This document shows, piece after piece, positions 36,300-47,300 of a stretch of 57,119 nt of DNA (the stretch's first letter is position 1; each line of letters starts with the position of its first letter). Source of the stretch: a virus. Its lineage: Duplodnaviria; Caudoviricetes. Both the position numbers and the translations under genes were made by a program. The notes below the pieces were generated by a model. That model was not told the DNA's origin and searched no databases. It saw only the letters and a program-made list of their open reading frames with translations. Location: positions 1-57,119 of IMG/VR virus record IMGVR_UViG_3300046025_000059. One strand, written 5' to 3'.

Positions 36300-36593
36300 A
36301 TGGCGTGGATCCAGACCGTATCCGATCACCAGCGCCCGTCCGATCTGTGGGACGCCGAGATCATGGCCGACCACTACGACCGGGCTGACACGCCCGAGTG
36401 GTACGACACCGACGACGGCCGCCGGAAGGCCAACTTCAAAGAGCCAGTCGCCCGCGCTCTCGTGCGCGAGTACGCCTTCAAGTCCGTCGACGACACCGCC
36501 GACGTGCCCGACGACACCGCTACCGACAGCGACACTGCGCCCAGGAGCGCCGACGGCCCGACCGGCGGCGCGACCGAGGACGACCCGATCTGA
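36300..36593 (+). CDS. Small virion-associated protein preceding tail tube
   Basis: Acidic ORF; C-terminus contains repeat copy 2. Confidence 0.7.
   Translation: MAWIQTVSDHQRPSDLWDAEIMADHYDRADTPEWYDTDDGRRKANFKEPVARALVREYAFKSVDDTADVPDDTATDSDTAPRSADGPTGGATEDDPI
36502..36562 (+). repeat. 61-bp direct repeat, copy 2
   Basis: Matches 26217-26277. Confidence 0.9.
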
Positions 36594-36679
36594 TCTGTAC
36601 TGGGTTGCGCGCCCTGCGGCCTGCGGCCCCCGCATCGTGTACGAACTACCCTCCCCCGACTCTCTCTGTTTCCTGACCT

Positions 36680-38026
36680 ATGACGATCCAGACCGAATCC
36701 GGTATCAGCAACACGCGCATCGAATACGTCCCCGAAAATGGCGACCAGGGCGTCACGCCCGCCGACCCCGCATGGCGTATCGCGTCCATGCGCTACACCA
36801 ACTTCGAGGCCGAGATGGGACCCGAGGACGTTGAGAAGCCCGCACTGGGCGAAGTCGTGTCCGACGTCTCGGCCGGCCTCGAAGAGAATGAGATCACCGT
36901 CGAGTACGACATGCAAAAGTGGTTCGTCGACTCGAACGGCAACCCGCAGGACATCGCCGCCTACGGCATCCTGCGGTCGGCGAACCGGCTGGTTGACTCG
37001 TTGACGCTGGTCGAACGGATCGACGCCGGCAGCGTCGCCGAGGATGTCACCCTGCAGCCGGGGTCGACCGTCGAAGCGTGGTACAACGGCACCGACGAAG
37101 CGAATGTCACGCGCAAGGCGAGTCGCGTCTACACCGTCGGCAAGGGCTGTGACGTCACCGAGGTGACGGTCACGGGCGACCCCGAAGAGGTATTCTGGCA
37201 CATCGAAGTGACGCTCATGGCCGAGGAGGCCCGGTCGTTCCAGATCGACCAGCCCCCCAGTGCGACCGAACTGGTCGTCAAGTCGACCGCCGCCAGCGAC
37301 ACCGGCCTCTATGTCGCCATCGAAAACGAAGGGGCGAGCACCACCGAGACGGTCCAACTCGACGGGACTGACGCCACCAATCTGGTGTCGACGACCGAGA
37401 CGTTCGCCGACGTCGACGCGGTCGAAGTGCAGGACGCCGATGGCAACGTCGTTGATCACGGCGGTGACATTGTCGTCGCCATCAACAGCGGGTCGGTCTC
37501 GACGCCCAGCGAGGGCGAGGCACTAACCGCCCTCTACGGCCGCAACGAGTACGGCAACACCCACGGCGACGGGGGCGTCCCGGTCACGGGCGCGGGCAGC
37601 CACGCCAGCGACCTCACTGACGACTACTATTTCGTCGCCAACGCGTTCGTCGAGCGCCCTGCTGGCGAACCGTTCGAGGCGGTCGGCAACGTCGGCGAGA
37701 TGGAACTCACCTTCGAGAACGACGTCGAGACGGGTGCCCAGCAGGAAACCCGCTCGCCACTGCAGCACCACGGCAACCTCGTGCCCGAACTTGCGGTGAC
37801 TATCGACGGCGAGACGACCACCCACCAGCGCATCCAGCAGCGCATGGCGTCCAGCGAGGACGACGCGCTCATGCACTTCAACCGCGCCGAGAGCGAGACG
37901 ATCACCCTCCCGCGCTCGAAAGTCACGTCCTCGCCGCGCAACCGCGAGGCCGGCAGCGCCACTGGCGAACCCGAGATCACGCTCCGCGGCCAAGAAGTCC
38001 CCGAGATCACCAACGCGAGTAGCTGA
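36680..38026 (+). CDS. Major tail tube protein
   Basis: EYVPE...GVTPADPAW, ELTFEND; lies before chaperone and TMP. Confidence 0.85.
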   Translation: MTIQTESGISNTRIEYVPENGDQGVTPADPAWRIASMRYTNFEAEMGPEDVEKPALGEVVSDVSAGLEENEITVEYDMQKWFVDSNGNPQDIAAYGILRSANRLVDSLTLVERIDAGSVAEDVTLQPGSTVEAWYNGTDEANVTRKASRVYTVGKGCDVTEVTVTGDPEEVFWHIEVTLMAEEARSFQIDQPPSATELVVKSTAASDTGLYVAIENEGASTTETVQLDGTDATNLVSTTETFADVDAVEVQDADGNVVDHGGDIVVAINSGSVSTPSEGEALTALYGRNEYGNTHGDGGVPVTGAGSHASDLTDDYYFVANAFVERPAGEPFEAVGNVGEMELTFENDVETGAQQETRSPLQHHGNLVPELAVTIDGETTTHQRIQQRMASSEDDALMHFNRAESETITLPRSKVTSSPRNREAGSATGEPEITLRGQEVPEITNASS

Positions 38027-38067
38027 GACACATCACCACCCGCTGACGCTCCCTTCACCACGCACTC

Positions 38068-38652
38068 ATGCCTGACAACACCGACACGAACAGCGACCGC
38101 CCACAGACAGACGCCCGCGACGCCTACGCGCCCGACGCCCGTGCGCCGGACCAGCCGGCCAGCGCTGGCGGTGACGCTCCGCCCGCTGGCAGTGACGCCG
38201 CACCTGACGCCACGCCCGGTGCGCCGGGCGATGAGGTGTACGACGTCAACTGGGGCTACGAGGATGTCAAACAGCCCGAGGGCGACCACTGGATCCATAT
38301 CGACGGCATCGGCAACGCGCTTGTGCAGTTCATCGACCGCGACGACATCCAGCAATACGCCAACGAAGCCGAGACGCGCACCCAGAACAGCCCGCAGGCC
38401 CGCGGGCAGGCGGCCGCCCAGCCCACTGACGATGGCGACGTCGATCTCGACAACGATCTGGTCGCACGGGTGCTGCGCGAGCGGTACGTCCAGCCCGACT
38501 TTTCGGGACTGACCGGCGACGACGTCGGCGCGATGAAACCGACGGTGCCCGACAAGCTCCTGGGCGCGCTCATGAACCAAGATAGCGTCAACGTCACTGT
38601 CTACGGTGACGGCAGCGCCACCATTTCGACGACCGAGGGCGAGGGAAACTAG
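38068..38652 (+). CDS. Tail assembly chaperone (G)
   Basis: Between tube and TMP; ends G GGA AAC TAG. Confidence 0.8.
   Translation: MPDNTDTNSDRPQTDARDAYAPDARAPDQPASAGGDAPPAGSDAAPDATPGAPGDEVYDVNWGYEDVKQPEGDHWIHIDGIGNALVQFIDRDDIQQYANEAETRTQNSPQARGQAAAQPTDDGDVDLDNDLVARVLRERYVQPDFSGLTGDDVGAMKPTVPDKLLGALMNQDSVNVTVYGDGSATISTTEGEGN
38643..38649 (+). other. -1 programmed ribosomal frameshift heptamer GGGAAAC
   Basis: X XXY YYZ pattern in the correct frame; -1 frame is open from 38643 to 39302. Confidence 0.85.
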
Positions 38653-39302
38653 TCGTCAACGGCCGCGCCGCGCGTGATCCACGGGGCAACGTCATTCCCC
38701 GGCCGGTGTACATCCCGTCACTGGGGTGGACGGCGATCCGCCCACTGCAGTATGGCGACCTGCTCCGGTTCTACGAGAACGCCGACGAGTCGCCCGCCCA
38801 GCAGGCCGCGGTGTTCCGCCGCACGATTGTCGGCTTTGAGGACTGCACTGCCGCGGATGTCGGCGCGATGAAACCGACACTGCCGGCTATCCTCGAACTC
38901 GCGGTGTTGCGCGCGTCGGATGCCATCGACGGGCCGGACGGCCCCCTCGGCGTCGACGACACGCACGACGGCATGCTCCCGCCGGACCACCCGCACGCGA
39001 AACCTGCGCCCAGTGAGGTGGACGTCCCCGAGAACAGCATTTGGGCGGCCCACAACAAGCCCCCCCGCGAGAAAGCTGCCGAGTCGGCCGCGCTCTCGGA
39101 TGCGGACCTGCAGTACATCCTGCACGAGAACAACGAGACGACCGCCAGCATCTACCAGATACTACTCGCGGAGATTAGCCTGTTGTTTGAGGGTGCAGAA
39201 CGCGCGGCCGACCGCCGCGAGCAGGCCACCGACGACAGCCCGGCGTCGGTCGGCGGCGGGGGCAACCGCACCGACCGCGCGGCGCAACTCGGCCTGCGCT
39301 GA
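38643..39302 (+). CDS. Tail assembly chaperone frameshift extension (GT)
   Basis: Open -1 frame, with 21 sense codons before GTG 38706. Confidence 0.8.
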   Translation, partial: GKLVVNGRAARDPRGNVIPRPVYIPSLGWTAIRPLQYGDLLRFYENADESPAQQAAVFRRTIVGFEDCTAADVGAMKPTLPAILELAVLRASDAIDGPDGPLGVDDTHDGMLPPDHPHAKPAPSEVDVPENSIWAAHNKPPREKAAESAALSDADLQYILHENNETTASIYQILLAEISLLFEGAERAADRREQATDDSPASVGGGGNRTDRAAQLGLR

Positions 39303-39460
39303 CCGTGCCTATGGCTTGCACGTGCCTGTCGGTGCTGGGGCACGCTATCGGCAACTGACACGAGGCGCAAGTATCACCAGCCAACGTGGCTGGTGGGTTC
39401 GGACCATCACAGGCAAAGTTGCACAAACCGTTACAGGGTGCTCGCACCCTCTCTCCGCAC

Positions 39461-39682
39461 ATGGACCCGGTCAGATACCGCGAACAGAAGAAAGCGCACG
39501 GGCGATGGGAACTGTTCTGGTGGCTGAACGCACTGCTGTGGCTGTCGCTCTCGTGGACGGTCGTCGGCCTCATCCCGCTGTACGTGTCGATCCGCAAGGC
39601 GCTGAAACACGACCGTGCTAAAGACGATCTCACCGAACAGTACGAGGAATCGACCGACGACACTGACCCCAGCACGGCCTGA
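39461..39682 (+). CDS. Small membrane protein (moron-like)
   Basis: LFWWLNALLWLSLSWTVVGLIPLYVSI; inserted between chaperone and TMP. Confidence 0.6.
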   Translation: MDPVRYREQKKAHGRWELFWWLNALLWLSLSWTVVGLIPLYVSIRKALKHDRAKDDLTEQYEESTDDTDPSTA

Positions 39683-39711
39683 CGTTCTGGCCGAGATCTA
39701 GACCGGCGCGC

Positions 39712-39746
39712 TTGACCTCCTCCCACGGCTGAAGCCGTGGGATTCC
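39712..39746 (-). repeat. IS200/IS605 right-end hairpin remnant
   Basis: Reverse complement reads ggaatcccacggcttcagccgtgggaggaggtcaa, a perfect hairpin ending in TCAA. Confidence 0.8.
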
Positions 39747-39904
39747 GGTTGCGGTGGGCATCCCGGTCACCACCTCGCACCTCTTTTCGCTGCCACGCTG
39801 CCACGACTCGCTAGCTAGCCCTTCGCGCCCCGTCCTGCACCCACATCCCGCAGCGAGCGGCGCGTCTCTGCAGTCCCGTCTACTCCCTTCCCTCCCCCCA
39901 GATC

Positions 39905-42900
39905 ATGGTCTTTGGAAGCTCTCAACAACTGGAAGTCGCCATCAACGGTGACGCCTCGGGCCTTACATCGGCTGCCGAATCGGCGACGAGTTCGCTGGTG
40001 AGTGTCGAAAACGCCGCCATCGGTGCCGGCGCTGCGGTCGCCGGCGCGGGCGCGGCTGCCTTTACCAAGGCGGCGGGGTCGGCGGCGTCGTTCGACGAGG
40101 CGATGCAGGAATCGAAGGCGGTGATGGGTGATCTGTCGAGTTCGATGGAAGACGATCTCGAACAGACTGCCCGCGACGTCGCCAAGTCGACGACCCACAG
40201 CCACGAGGAGGCCGCCGAATCGTTCTACTACCTGGCGTCGGCGGGCCTCGAAGCCACAGATTCCATGGAGGCGATGCCGGAGGTGGCGGCGTTCGCTGAG
40301 GCCGGCAACATGGACATGGCGAAAGCCACGGACTACGCGACCGACACGATGCAGGCGTTCGGCATGGAAGCCGGCGACCTGAACGACGTGACGGATGCGC
40401 TGACCGGCACCGTCACGGATCACAATCAGACCATGGAGGGGATGGGGCAGGCCATGAGCTATGTCGCGCCGGTCGCCTCGGGGATGGGGATGGAACTCGA
40501 AGAGACGGCCAGCGCCATCGGGATGCTGGGCGACGCTGGCATCAAAGGCAGCAAGGCCGGCACCACGCTCCGGCAGGCGCTGGGGCGGCTGTCGGACCCA
40601 CCCGAAGAGGTGAAGCAGAAACTCGACGAGATGGGGGTGAGCGTCCGCGACTCGGAGGGCGACCTCAAGTCAATGTCTGCGATCATCGGCGAGTTCGAAA
40701 AGGCCGGCGCGGACGCCGAGGACATGATGCAAATCTTCGGCAAGCGCGCCGGGCCGGGGATGCAGGTGTTGTTACAACAGGGGTCCGACGCCCTCGCCAA
40801 CGAGACGGAGCAACTCAAAGAGATGGACGGCGTCACGCAGGACGTCGCCGAGACGCAGAAACAGACGTTCAACAAACAACTGCAGATTTTCAAGTCGCGT
40901 GTCAACGACGCGGCAATCAGCATCGGCCAGCAGTTGCTGCCCCACCTGAGTGTGTTGCTGAAGCATCTGGCCTCGGGCGTCGAAGCGTTCGCCGCGTTCA
41001 ACGACCGCATGAACGGCCTGCCCGGCATCGCCACGCTGGCTGGGACGACGATTACCGGCCTCGTGCTGGCGATTGGCGGCCTCGCCGCGAAGTTCGGCCT
41101 CGTCACGGGCGTCCTGAGTGGGTTCACCGTCGCTCTCGGGGCGATTCTCGCCCCCCTCGCAGCGGGGGCGGCCGCCGTCCGTGTGTTCACGAGGAACATC
41201 GGCGGCGCCCGCGACATGGCCCAGCGCGTCGCGGGAGTCCTGCAGGACGAACTTGGCGCGACATTCCTCACGCTCCGGGGGCTGATCACGACAGTCGCTG
41301 CCGATATTTCGTCCGTCTGGGGCGATAGCACCAGCAGCATCCGGAGCGCCGTCGAACGCGTCGTCTCTGTTGTGGGCGACAAACTCGTCGGGGCGATCCG
41401 CACGGTCGGCCGATCCACCCGCTACGTGATTACCCAGGCAACCATGTGGTGGCAAGCCCACGCCGAGACGGTGCTGCGGAAAGCCAGCCAGATTGGCCAG
41501 TTCCTCGTCGGGTATCTGGTCAGCAAGTTCCACACGTTCCGCAGCGCCGCCAGCGCCGTCTTGAGCGCCCTCGGCAGCCTGTGGCAGCGTCACAGCGGGC
41601 TTGTCACTGCCGCGATCGACCGCGTCCGCGGCGTCATTGCCCGACTGCGCGAGCGGTTCACCAGCCTTGACGACAGCTCCCAGACTGTCGTGGCGTCGAT
41701 GGGCCGGGTCAGTGCGAGCATGTTGGGCGTGCTCGGCCCCGTCGGCGCGGCCATCGCCGCAGCCACCGCACTGGCTACTGCCTGGGAAGAAAACCTGTTT
41801 TCGATTCGGGACACCGTCACCGGCGTGATGAACTTCGTCGTCAATCAGTTCCTCAAACCACTGCTCAGCGACCTCGTCGCGGTCTGGCGAACCCACTTCG
41901 GCCAGATGCGCAACGAGACTGGCAGCACGCTCGGGACGATCCGGGCGATCGTCCTGCGCGCGCTCGGGGGGATTGCCGCCATCTGGAAGCGGTATCAAGA
42001 GGAAATCCTCGCCGTCGCGCGGTTCCTCAGCGACACGTTGCGGGCGACGTTCGTCACGTTCTTTGACGGGTTGCTCACGCTCGTTCGCGTGTCGATGGCC
42101 GTCCTGCAAGGCGACTGGGAAGCGGCCTGGACCGGCCTCAAGAATTTCGGGGAACGCACGCTTAATCGCTTCCTTGCGGTTGTCGCCTCCTTCAAGAACA
42201 ACCTCGTCCCCATCTTCTCCAACCTCTTCACCACCGTCCGCGAGAACTGGCGGACGTGGCTGGTGAATCTGTTCACGTTCAGCCGCGACAAGTTCGCACT
42301 GTTCCTCGAATGGGTGCGCAACTGGAAGCTCTGGCCCGCCCTGCAGTCAACGCTCATCACCGTCCGCGAGAACTGGGACCAGTGGCTGGTGAATATGCTG
42401 AACTACGGCATCGCCCGGTTCAACGAGTTCTACAACTGGGTGAGCGACTGGAACCTGTGGCCGGCGCTGGCGGACATGTTGTCGACGGTGCGCGCGAACT
42501 GGGACACGTGGGCCGGCAACATCTACGACGACATCACCGGCATTATTCAGGACGCGAACGACTGGTTCTGGTCGACCGGCAAGGGCCTGATGTCGAGTGC
42601 GTGGAACGCGATGGCCAACGCCGCCGCGTCGGCGTGGAACGGCGTGATCCCCGGCGAAGTGAACATCCCCGAACTGTCGATCGGCGGCGGGAGCGTCGGC
42701 GTCGGCCCGCTCAAAGCGGCTGGCCAGACCATCGTCGAAAAGCAGTCGATGGACATCCCCGAGGTGACCGTCGGTGGGCAGTCGATGAGCCTGCCCCAAC
42801 TCGACACCGGGGGGCTGATCGAACGTTCGGGGATGGCGTGGGTTGACGAAGGTGAGTGGTTCAGCGGCGTCCCCACCGCGGGTGTCGACCGCAACGGTGG

Positions 42901-43021
42901 CCCGCCCGCCGGCGCGGGCGGCACGACCGTCCACGCCGACATCGACGTCTACGCCGAGGACGGGGACGACGCCGGCGACCAGATCCGGCGCGAACTCGAA
43001 AGCGTCAACCTGTCGCGGTAA
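39905..43021 (+). CDS. Tail tape measure protein (TP901 family)
   Basis: AAESFYYLASAG, GIKGSKAGTTLR, Trp/Phe-spaced helical repeats, LPQLDTGG C-terminus. Confidence 0.95.
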   Translation: MVFGSSQQLEVAINGDASGLTSAAESATSSLVSVENAAIGAGAAVAGAGAAAFTKAAGSAASFDEAMQESKAVMGDLSSSMEDDLEQTARDVAKSTTHSHEEAAESFYYLASAGLEATDSMEAMPEVAAFAEAGNMDMAKATDYATDTMQAFGMEAGDLNDVTDALTGTVTDHNQTMEGMGQAMSYVAPVASGMGMELEETASAIGMLGDAGIKGSKAGTTLRQALGRLSDPPEEVKQKLDEMGVSVRDSEGDLKSMSAIIGEFEKAGADAEDMMQIFGKRAGPGMQVLLQQGSDALANETEQLKEMDGVTQDVAETQKQTFNKQLQIFKSRVNDAAISIGQQLLPHLSVLLKHLASGVEAFAAFNDRMNGLPGIATLAGTTITGLVLAIGGLAAKFGLVTGVLSGFTVALGAILAPLAAGAAAVRVFTRNIGGARDMAQRVAGVLQDELGATFLTLRGLITTVAADISSVWGDSTSSIRSAVERVVSVVGDKLVGAIRTVGRSTRYVITQATMWWQAHAETVLRKASQIGQFLVGYLVSKFHTFRSAASAVLSALGSLWQRHSGLVTAAIDRVRGVIARLRERFTSLDDSSQTVVASMGRVSASMLGVLGPVGAAIAAATALATAWEENLFSIRDTVTGVMNFVVNQFLKPLLSDLVAVWRTHFGQMRNETGSTLGTIRAIVLRALGGIAAIWKRYQEEILAVARFLSDTLRATFVTFFDGLLTLVRVSMAVLQGDWEAAWTGLKNFGERTLNRFLAVVASFKNNLVPIFSNLFTTVRENWRTWLVNLFTFSRDKFALFLEWVRNWKLWPALQSTLITVRENWDQWLVNMLNYGIARFNEFYNWVSDWNLWPALADMLSTVRANWDTWAGNIYDDITGIIQDANDWFWSTGKGLMSSAWNAMANAAASAWNGVIPGEVNIPELSIGGGSVGVGPLKAAGQTIVEKQSMDIPEVTVGGQSMSLPQLDTGGLIERSGMAWVDEGEWFSGVPTAGVDRNGGPPAGAGGTTVHADIDVYAEDGDDAGDQIRRELESVNLSR

Positions 43022-43028
43022 ACTACCC
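43018..43028 (-). repeat. Short IS right-end-like remnant
   Basis: gtaaactaccc overlapping the TMP TAA stop; same start as 27672 and 29177. Confidence 0.55.
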
Positions 43029-43083
43029 GCCGCGCCCCGTGGGTGTGCGGTCCACGACCACGAGACGACTGTTTCATCTGACC

Positions 43084-43716
43084 ATGAGTGACCACCTCCC
43101 GACCGTCGAAGACAAGCAAGGCAATCAAGCGCTCGACGAGAACGTCAGCCGGGCGAGCAGTCGCGGCTATGCAGTCACGAATGGCTGCCGCGTCAAAATC
43201 GCCACAGGTGATCTTGCGCCGTCCGGCGAGACGCGTGACACGGTGTACGTCGCCGATGGCGCGGTGCTGGTCGACGGCGAGTCCCACCGGATCACTGGCG
43301 AACCGACGCTTTCGCTGCAGACCGCCAGCCAGTATCCCCGCTGGGACGTGATCTACGTTGACGACGTCGGCACCGTCACCGTCAAACAGGGCACCGCAGA
43401 GCAGCGCCAGCCCCCCGACGCCAAGCGTGCGGCGGTGAAACGCCCCGCGCCACCCGATCTCGCCGACGAGCAGGCGACGCTGCTGGCAAAGTGCTGGATC
43501 CAGCCGGGCAGCGACTTTCTGGGCGCTGACGACATCCTGCAGGAGCGCCCCGACGCCGATCACGCGCTGCACCGCACCCGTGCGATGGGCGTCCTGCAGC
43601 GCCAGTCGCTGCCCGACGGCCAGTCGCTGACCGTCCCTGAGGATCATGTGCTGGACGCGTCGCCGCCCTACACGCTGGATGGCACGCTGACGCTGAACGG
43701 CCTGTTCAACCTCTGA
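43084..43716 (+). CDS. Minor tail protein
   Basis: AVTNGCRV, YPRWDVIYVD..G, PAPP; follows TMP. Confidence 0.75.
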   Translation: MSDHLPTVEDKQGNQALDENVSRASSRGYAVTNGCRVKIATGDLAPSGETRDTVYVADGAVLVDGESHRITGEPTLSLQTASQYPRWDVIYVDDVGTVTVKQGTAEQRQPPDAKRAAVKRPAPPDLADEQATLLAKCWIQPGSDFLGADDILQERPDADHALHRTRAMGVLQRQSLPDGQSLTVPEDHVLDASPPYTLDGTLTLNGLFNL

Positions 43717-43747
43717 GCGCAGTTGATCAATTGCAGTCCTCTGACCC

Positions 43748-44380
43748 ATGCCTACTGAAACCTATTTCCGATCCGATAACCACCCGTGGGTGCTTCGCCA
43801 CGACACGGGCGACGACCGATGGTACTGGGAGAACACCGACACTGGCGCGCGCTACAACTTCGCGCCGACCGGCCCGTCCGACGACGACGACCTGCTCCGG
43901 CAGGGCGACGTCGGCAGTCTTGATGGCGGCGGCGCGGGCACGCTCGCCGATCTCAACATCGATACGCACAAAAACTGGGAAGGGTACAACATCTCGAATC
44001 TGGGCAATATCGCCCCAAATGAAGTGCGCTATCGCGCCGGGCGCGGGCCGATCCCGTTCCCGATCCACCACACCAACTATCAGGACGGCCTCGAACAGGA
44101 GGAGATCACCCGGTTCACGCTTGACAGTAGCGAGTTTTTGTCAGTCTATCGCCTCGAAACCAAATTGCTGGGTGGGGGTACCGACCCTGACTTCTATGTT
44201 GACATCTACGACGCCAGCAATTCGGAAGTCCTGGTGAGCACGTCCGACCGCGTGGTCGCCAGCGACGGCGCGCTTGAGTCCAGTGGTAGCGGCGCGACGA
44301 TCCTGCTGCGCGTGACCAACACCACGGGCACGGGCAAGCGGGCATCGATCTCTGGCCTCGCGTCGATCCGAGGGACCTGA
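43748..44380 (+). CDS. Minor tail/fibre protein
   Basis: KNWEGYNISNLG fibre-like motif and C-terminal beta domain. Confidence 0.7.
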   Translation: MPTETYFRSDNHPWVLRHDTGDDRWYWENTDTGARYNFAPTGPSDDDDLLRQGDVGSLDGGGAGTLADLNIDTHKNWEGYNISNLGNIAPNEVRYRAGRGPIPFPIHHTNYQDGLEQEEITRFTLDSSEFLSVYRLETKLLGGGTDPDFYVDIYDASNSEVLVSTSDRVVASDGALESSGSGATILLRVTNTTGTGKRASISGLASIRGT

Positions 44381-44397
44381 TCTGAGAGGTGACCTAA

Positions 44398-47300
44398 ATG
44401 AGCTACGGCCCTGACTACGACTACTACACCCAGCCCGACCGGGCGAACCCCAGTCGGACAGTCCACCTCGCCGACAAGGGGATGTCCGACGGCGACGCGC
44501 TGTGGGACTGGATCGAACAGTACGCCGCCGACGACACGGAGGTGATCATCCCCAGCGGCACCTACGACGTGGGGTTCGGCTACCGCCGGATCACCGCCGA
44601 CAACTGCATCGTTCGGGGTGAAGAGCCATCCGGCAGTGTGGTCGCGGAGGTGCCCGGGGGCTACTCCGAACAGCGCTACCAGCCGGTCCTCCGCACCTAC
44701 GACCGCTTCGAGCTTGCGAACATCCAAATCAACGGCGTTATCGCCGACGACTCCGAATCCGGCAAGCTCAAAACCGAGGCGCTGGGGTCGGACTCGTATG
44801 TCTACGTCGAGCGCTACCGCAACCCCGACGGCGGCGCGAACGGCAGCGGCGGGGTCTTCGTCGGCGGCGACTCGGCTGGCGAGACGATGTTTAAACACTG
44901 CGAGGTGAATCACGCCGGGGACAACGGCATCTACGGGTCGGACCCCGGCGAATCATATGGGAATAACGGCCCGGTGTACGTTGAGCACGGCCGGTACTAC
45001 AATAACAATATTTCGGGCGTGCGGCTGGGCAGTTCCAACTCTTACGCGTGGCGGGTTTGCGCCGGCAACGACGCCGTCAGCAACTACCCCGACACCAAAT
45101 CGGGCGCGCCCACGAACCAGCGGGCGATCCGGCTGCGCTCGGGGATGCCCCGCACGGGGCTGGAAGTCGTCGAGTGCGACGTGTACAACGCCGATCTCGG
45201 CGTGGCGAACAAAGCGGTCGAGATCTACAGCGGGAGCGACTCGGGGTTCTCCGGGGAGATCCGCGCCTCTCGCATCACCAACGACGAGGACAGCGTGGCG
45301 GCGATCCGCGCCGGATCGGGTGGCGATTTCACGGCGCGCAACTGCCACGCCACCGGCGGTGGCGACCTGAGTTTCGACATCCCCGAGACGGGCACCTGTC
45401 GGGGATCAGGCTGCGACGAGGCGAGTTGTGACTTTCAGTCCCCGCCGAGTGGCACCACCTCGGACTGGCCCCACGAAGCCCGCCTGCAGGCGACCGACAG
45501 CTACCTGCAATCAGTTGACTTCGACCCGCAGGCCGACCGCGTCGCCTACACGGGGGACCCGGACAGCAACGGCAACGGGGTGTGGTTCCACACCACCGGC
45601 GGTGACTGGCCGCTCGAAACGGCCGTGCCGTACGCGACGACGGTCCACGCCGGGGCGTTCTCGCATGACGGCCACTACGTCGCAGGGACCGCTGGGTACG
45701 GGGGCGATGGCACCGTGCAGGTGTTGGTTGCCGGAGAGACGACGCTCGTGGCGTCGGTCACGAACCCCGGCCCGGTGCGGATGGCCGCGACCGACCCGAA
45801 CAACGATTATCTCGCGGCGTGGTGGGACGATCCCAACACGGACCTGCCCCGGGTTCGCATCTACGACTGGGCGACGCTCATCGGCGGCACCGACAACCCT
45901 GACCCAGTCGCCACGCTGCCCCACGATACGGGCGGCATCCGCGCCGGGGCGTTCTCTCCTGACGGGCAGCGCTTCGCGTTCGCTGGTCACGACGGCCGCG
46001 TGTACGTCCACACGGTCGACCGGTCGACGGATGATTTCACACGCGAGGGGAGTTACGCCGAGACGGACAGCCGTGTCTGGGGGCTGTCGTTCTCGCCCGA
46101 CGGCCAGCACATCTTGTCAGGCCACGCCCACGAACTGACGGTCGTCAACCGCGTCGACGCCAGCAACGGCTATCCGCTGGCGGCCGAACTAACCGAGACG
46201 ACCGGCAAGGTGCGCGACACGGCATGGGCGCGTGACAACCGGCATCTGGGCTACTGTAGCAACGACGCCACCGCCTACACCCACAGCGTTGGAGACTGGG
46301 CACCCGCCGCCCGCCTCTCGACATCGACCACCAATGGCGTCGGCTGTGCGTTCTCTCGTGACAGCCGGTGGTTCGCTTACGCCGGTGTTGACGACGGCGT
46401 CCACGTGTATACGACACCCGAACCCACCGCTGGCAGCGGCGCCCCCAACGTGCTGGATGGCGGCACCGATGGCGTCTGGCAGGCTGGCCCCGACGCCGCG
46501 CTCACGGCGCTGGGCGAAGCCGACATCGGGCAACTGGCCGTCGGCACGCTCTCGCCGACGGACGTCACAGACAACACCGCGACGCTCCGGGGCGAGATCA
46601 CCGCCTTCGAGAACCTCGGCGAGACGGAGGTGTACTTCGAGTACCAGCCCTCGGATGGATCGGGCACGCTGACGACGACCAGCCGCAAGACGGTCAGTTC
46701 GGCCGGGCGCTTCTCACTGACCGTTGACGGCCTGAGCGCCAGTACCAGTTACGACGTGTACGCGGTCGCCGAGAGCGCGGCACTCTCCGATCAGGGCAAC
46801 ACCGTCACGTTCACCACCGGGTCGACCGGCACGGTGATCGATGACTTCGAGCACGGCGATCTCGCGAGCAACGGCTGGAACGGTCCGGAGATCGGCACGG
46901 CGTTCCGCCTCCAGTCGAGCACGACGATCGGGCGCGCTGGCAGCCACACGTTACACCTCCCCTCGGGACAGGGCGGCACCAACATCATGGATTCCGCGCC
47001 GGGCGACGGCCTCGGCGATTACCCCGGCCCGGGCAAAACGTGGGAGTGCTGGTTCATGTTTCCCAGCACGGGCGGCACCCGCACCCGCGTGCAACTCTAC
47101 TACGGCCACAGCACGTCGCAGTTGAACGACTCGACGCCCGACAACTGCTATGGGGTGTGGCTCCGGGGCAACCGCTCGCCCGGCCGCATCCGCCTCTACA
47201 CGTACTCGGGGGGCAGCTTCGGCACCGATCTGTTTGACGTCGCCGTCGACGACCCACACTTCCAGGCTGGCGAACAGTACCGCTGTGAGATCCAGCAGGG

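Noticed and set aside
36643-36657. Additional IS-end remnant gaactaccctcccc (and a hairpin near 54628)
   Set aside because: Too short or degenerate to distinguish from C-rich leader sequence.
36680-38026. Contractile tail sheath
   Set aside because: Only one major tail gene precedes the chaperone, and no baseplate J-like gene was seen.
29395-42109. Long minus-strand ORFs (e.g. 29395..30780, 30853..32154, 36374..37459, 40772..42109)
   Set aside because: Shadow frames of high-GC + strand genes, V/R/G-rich and without motifs.
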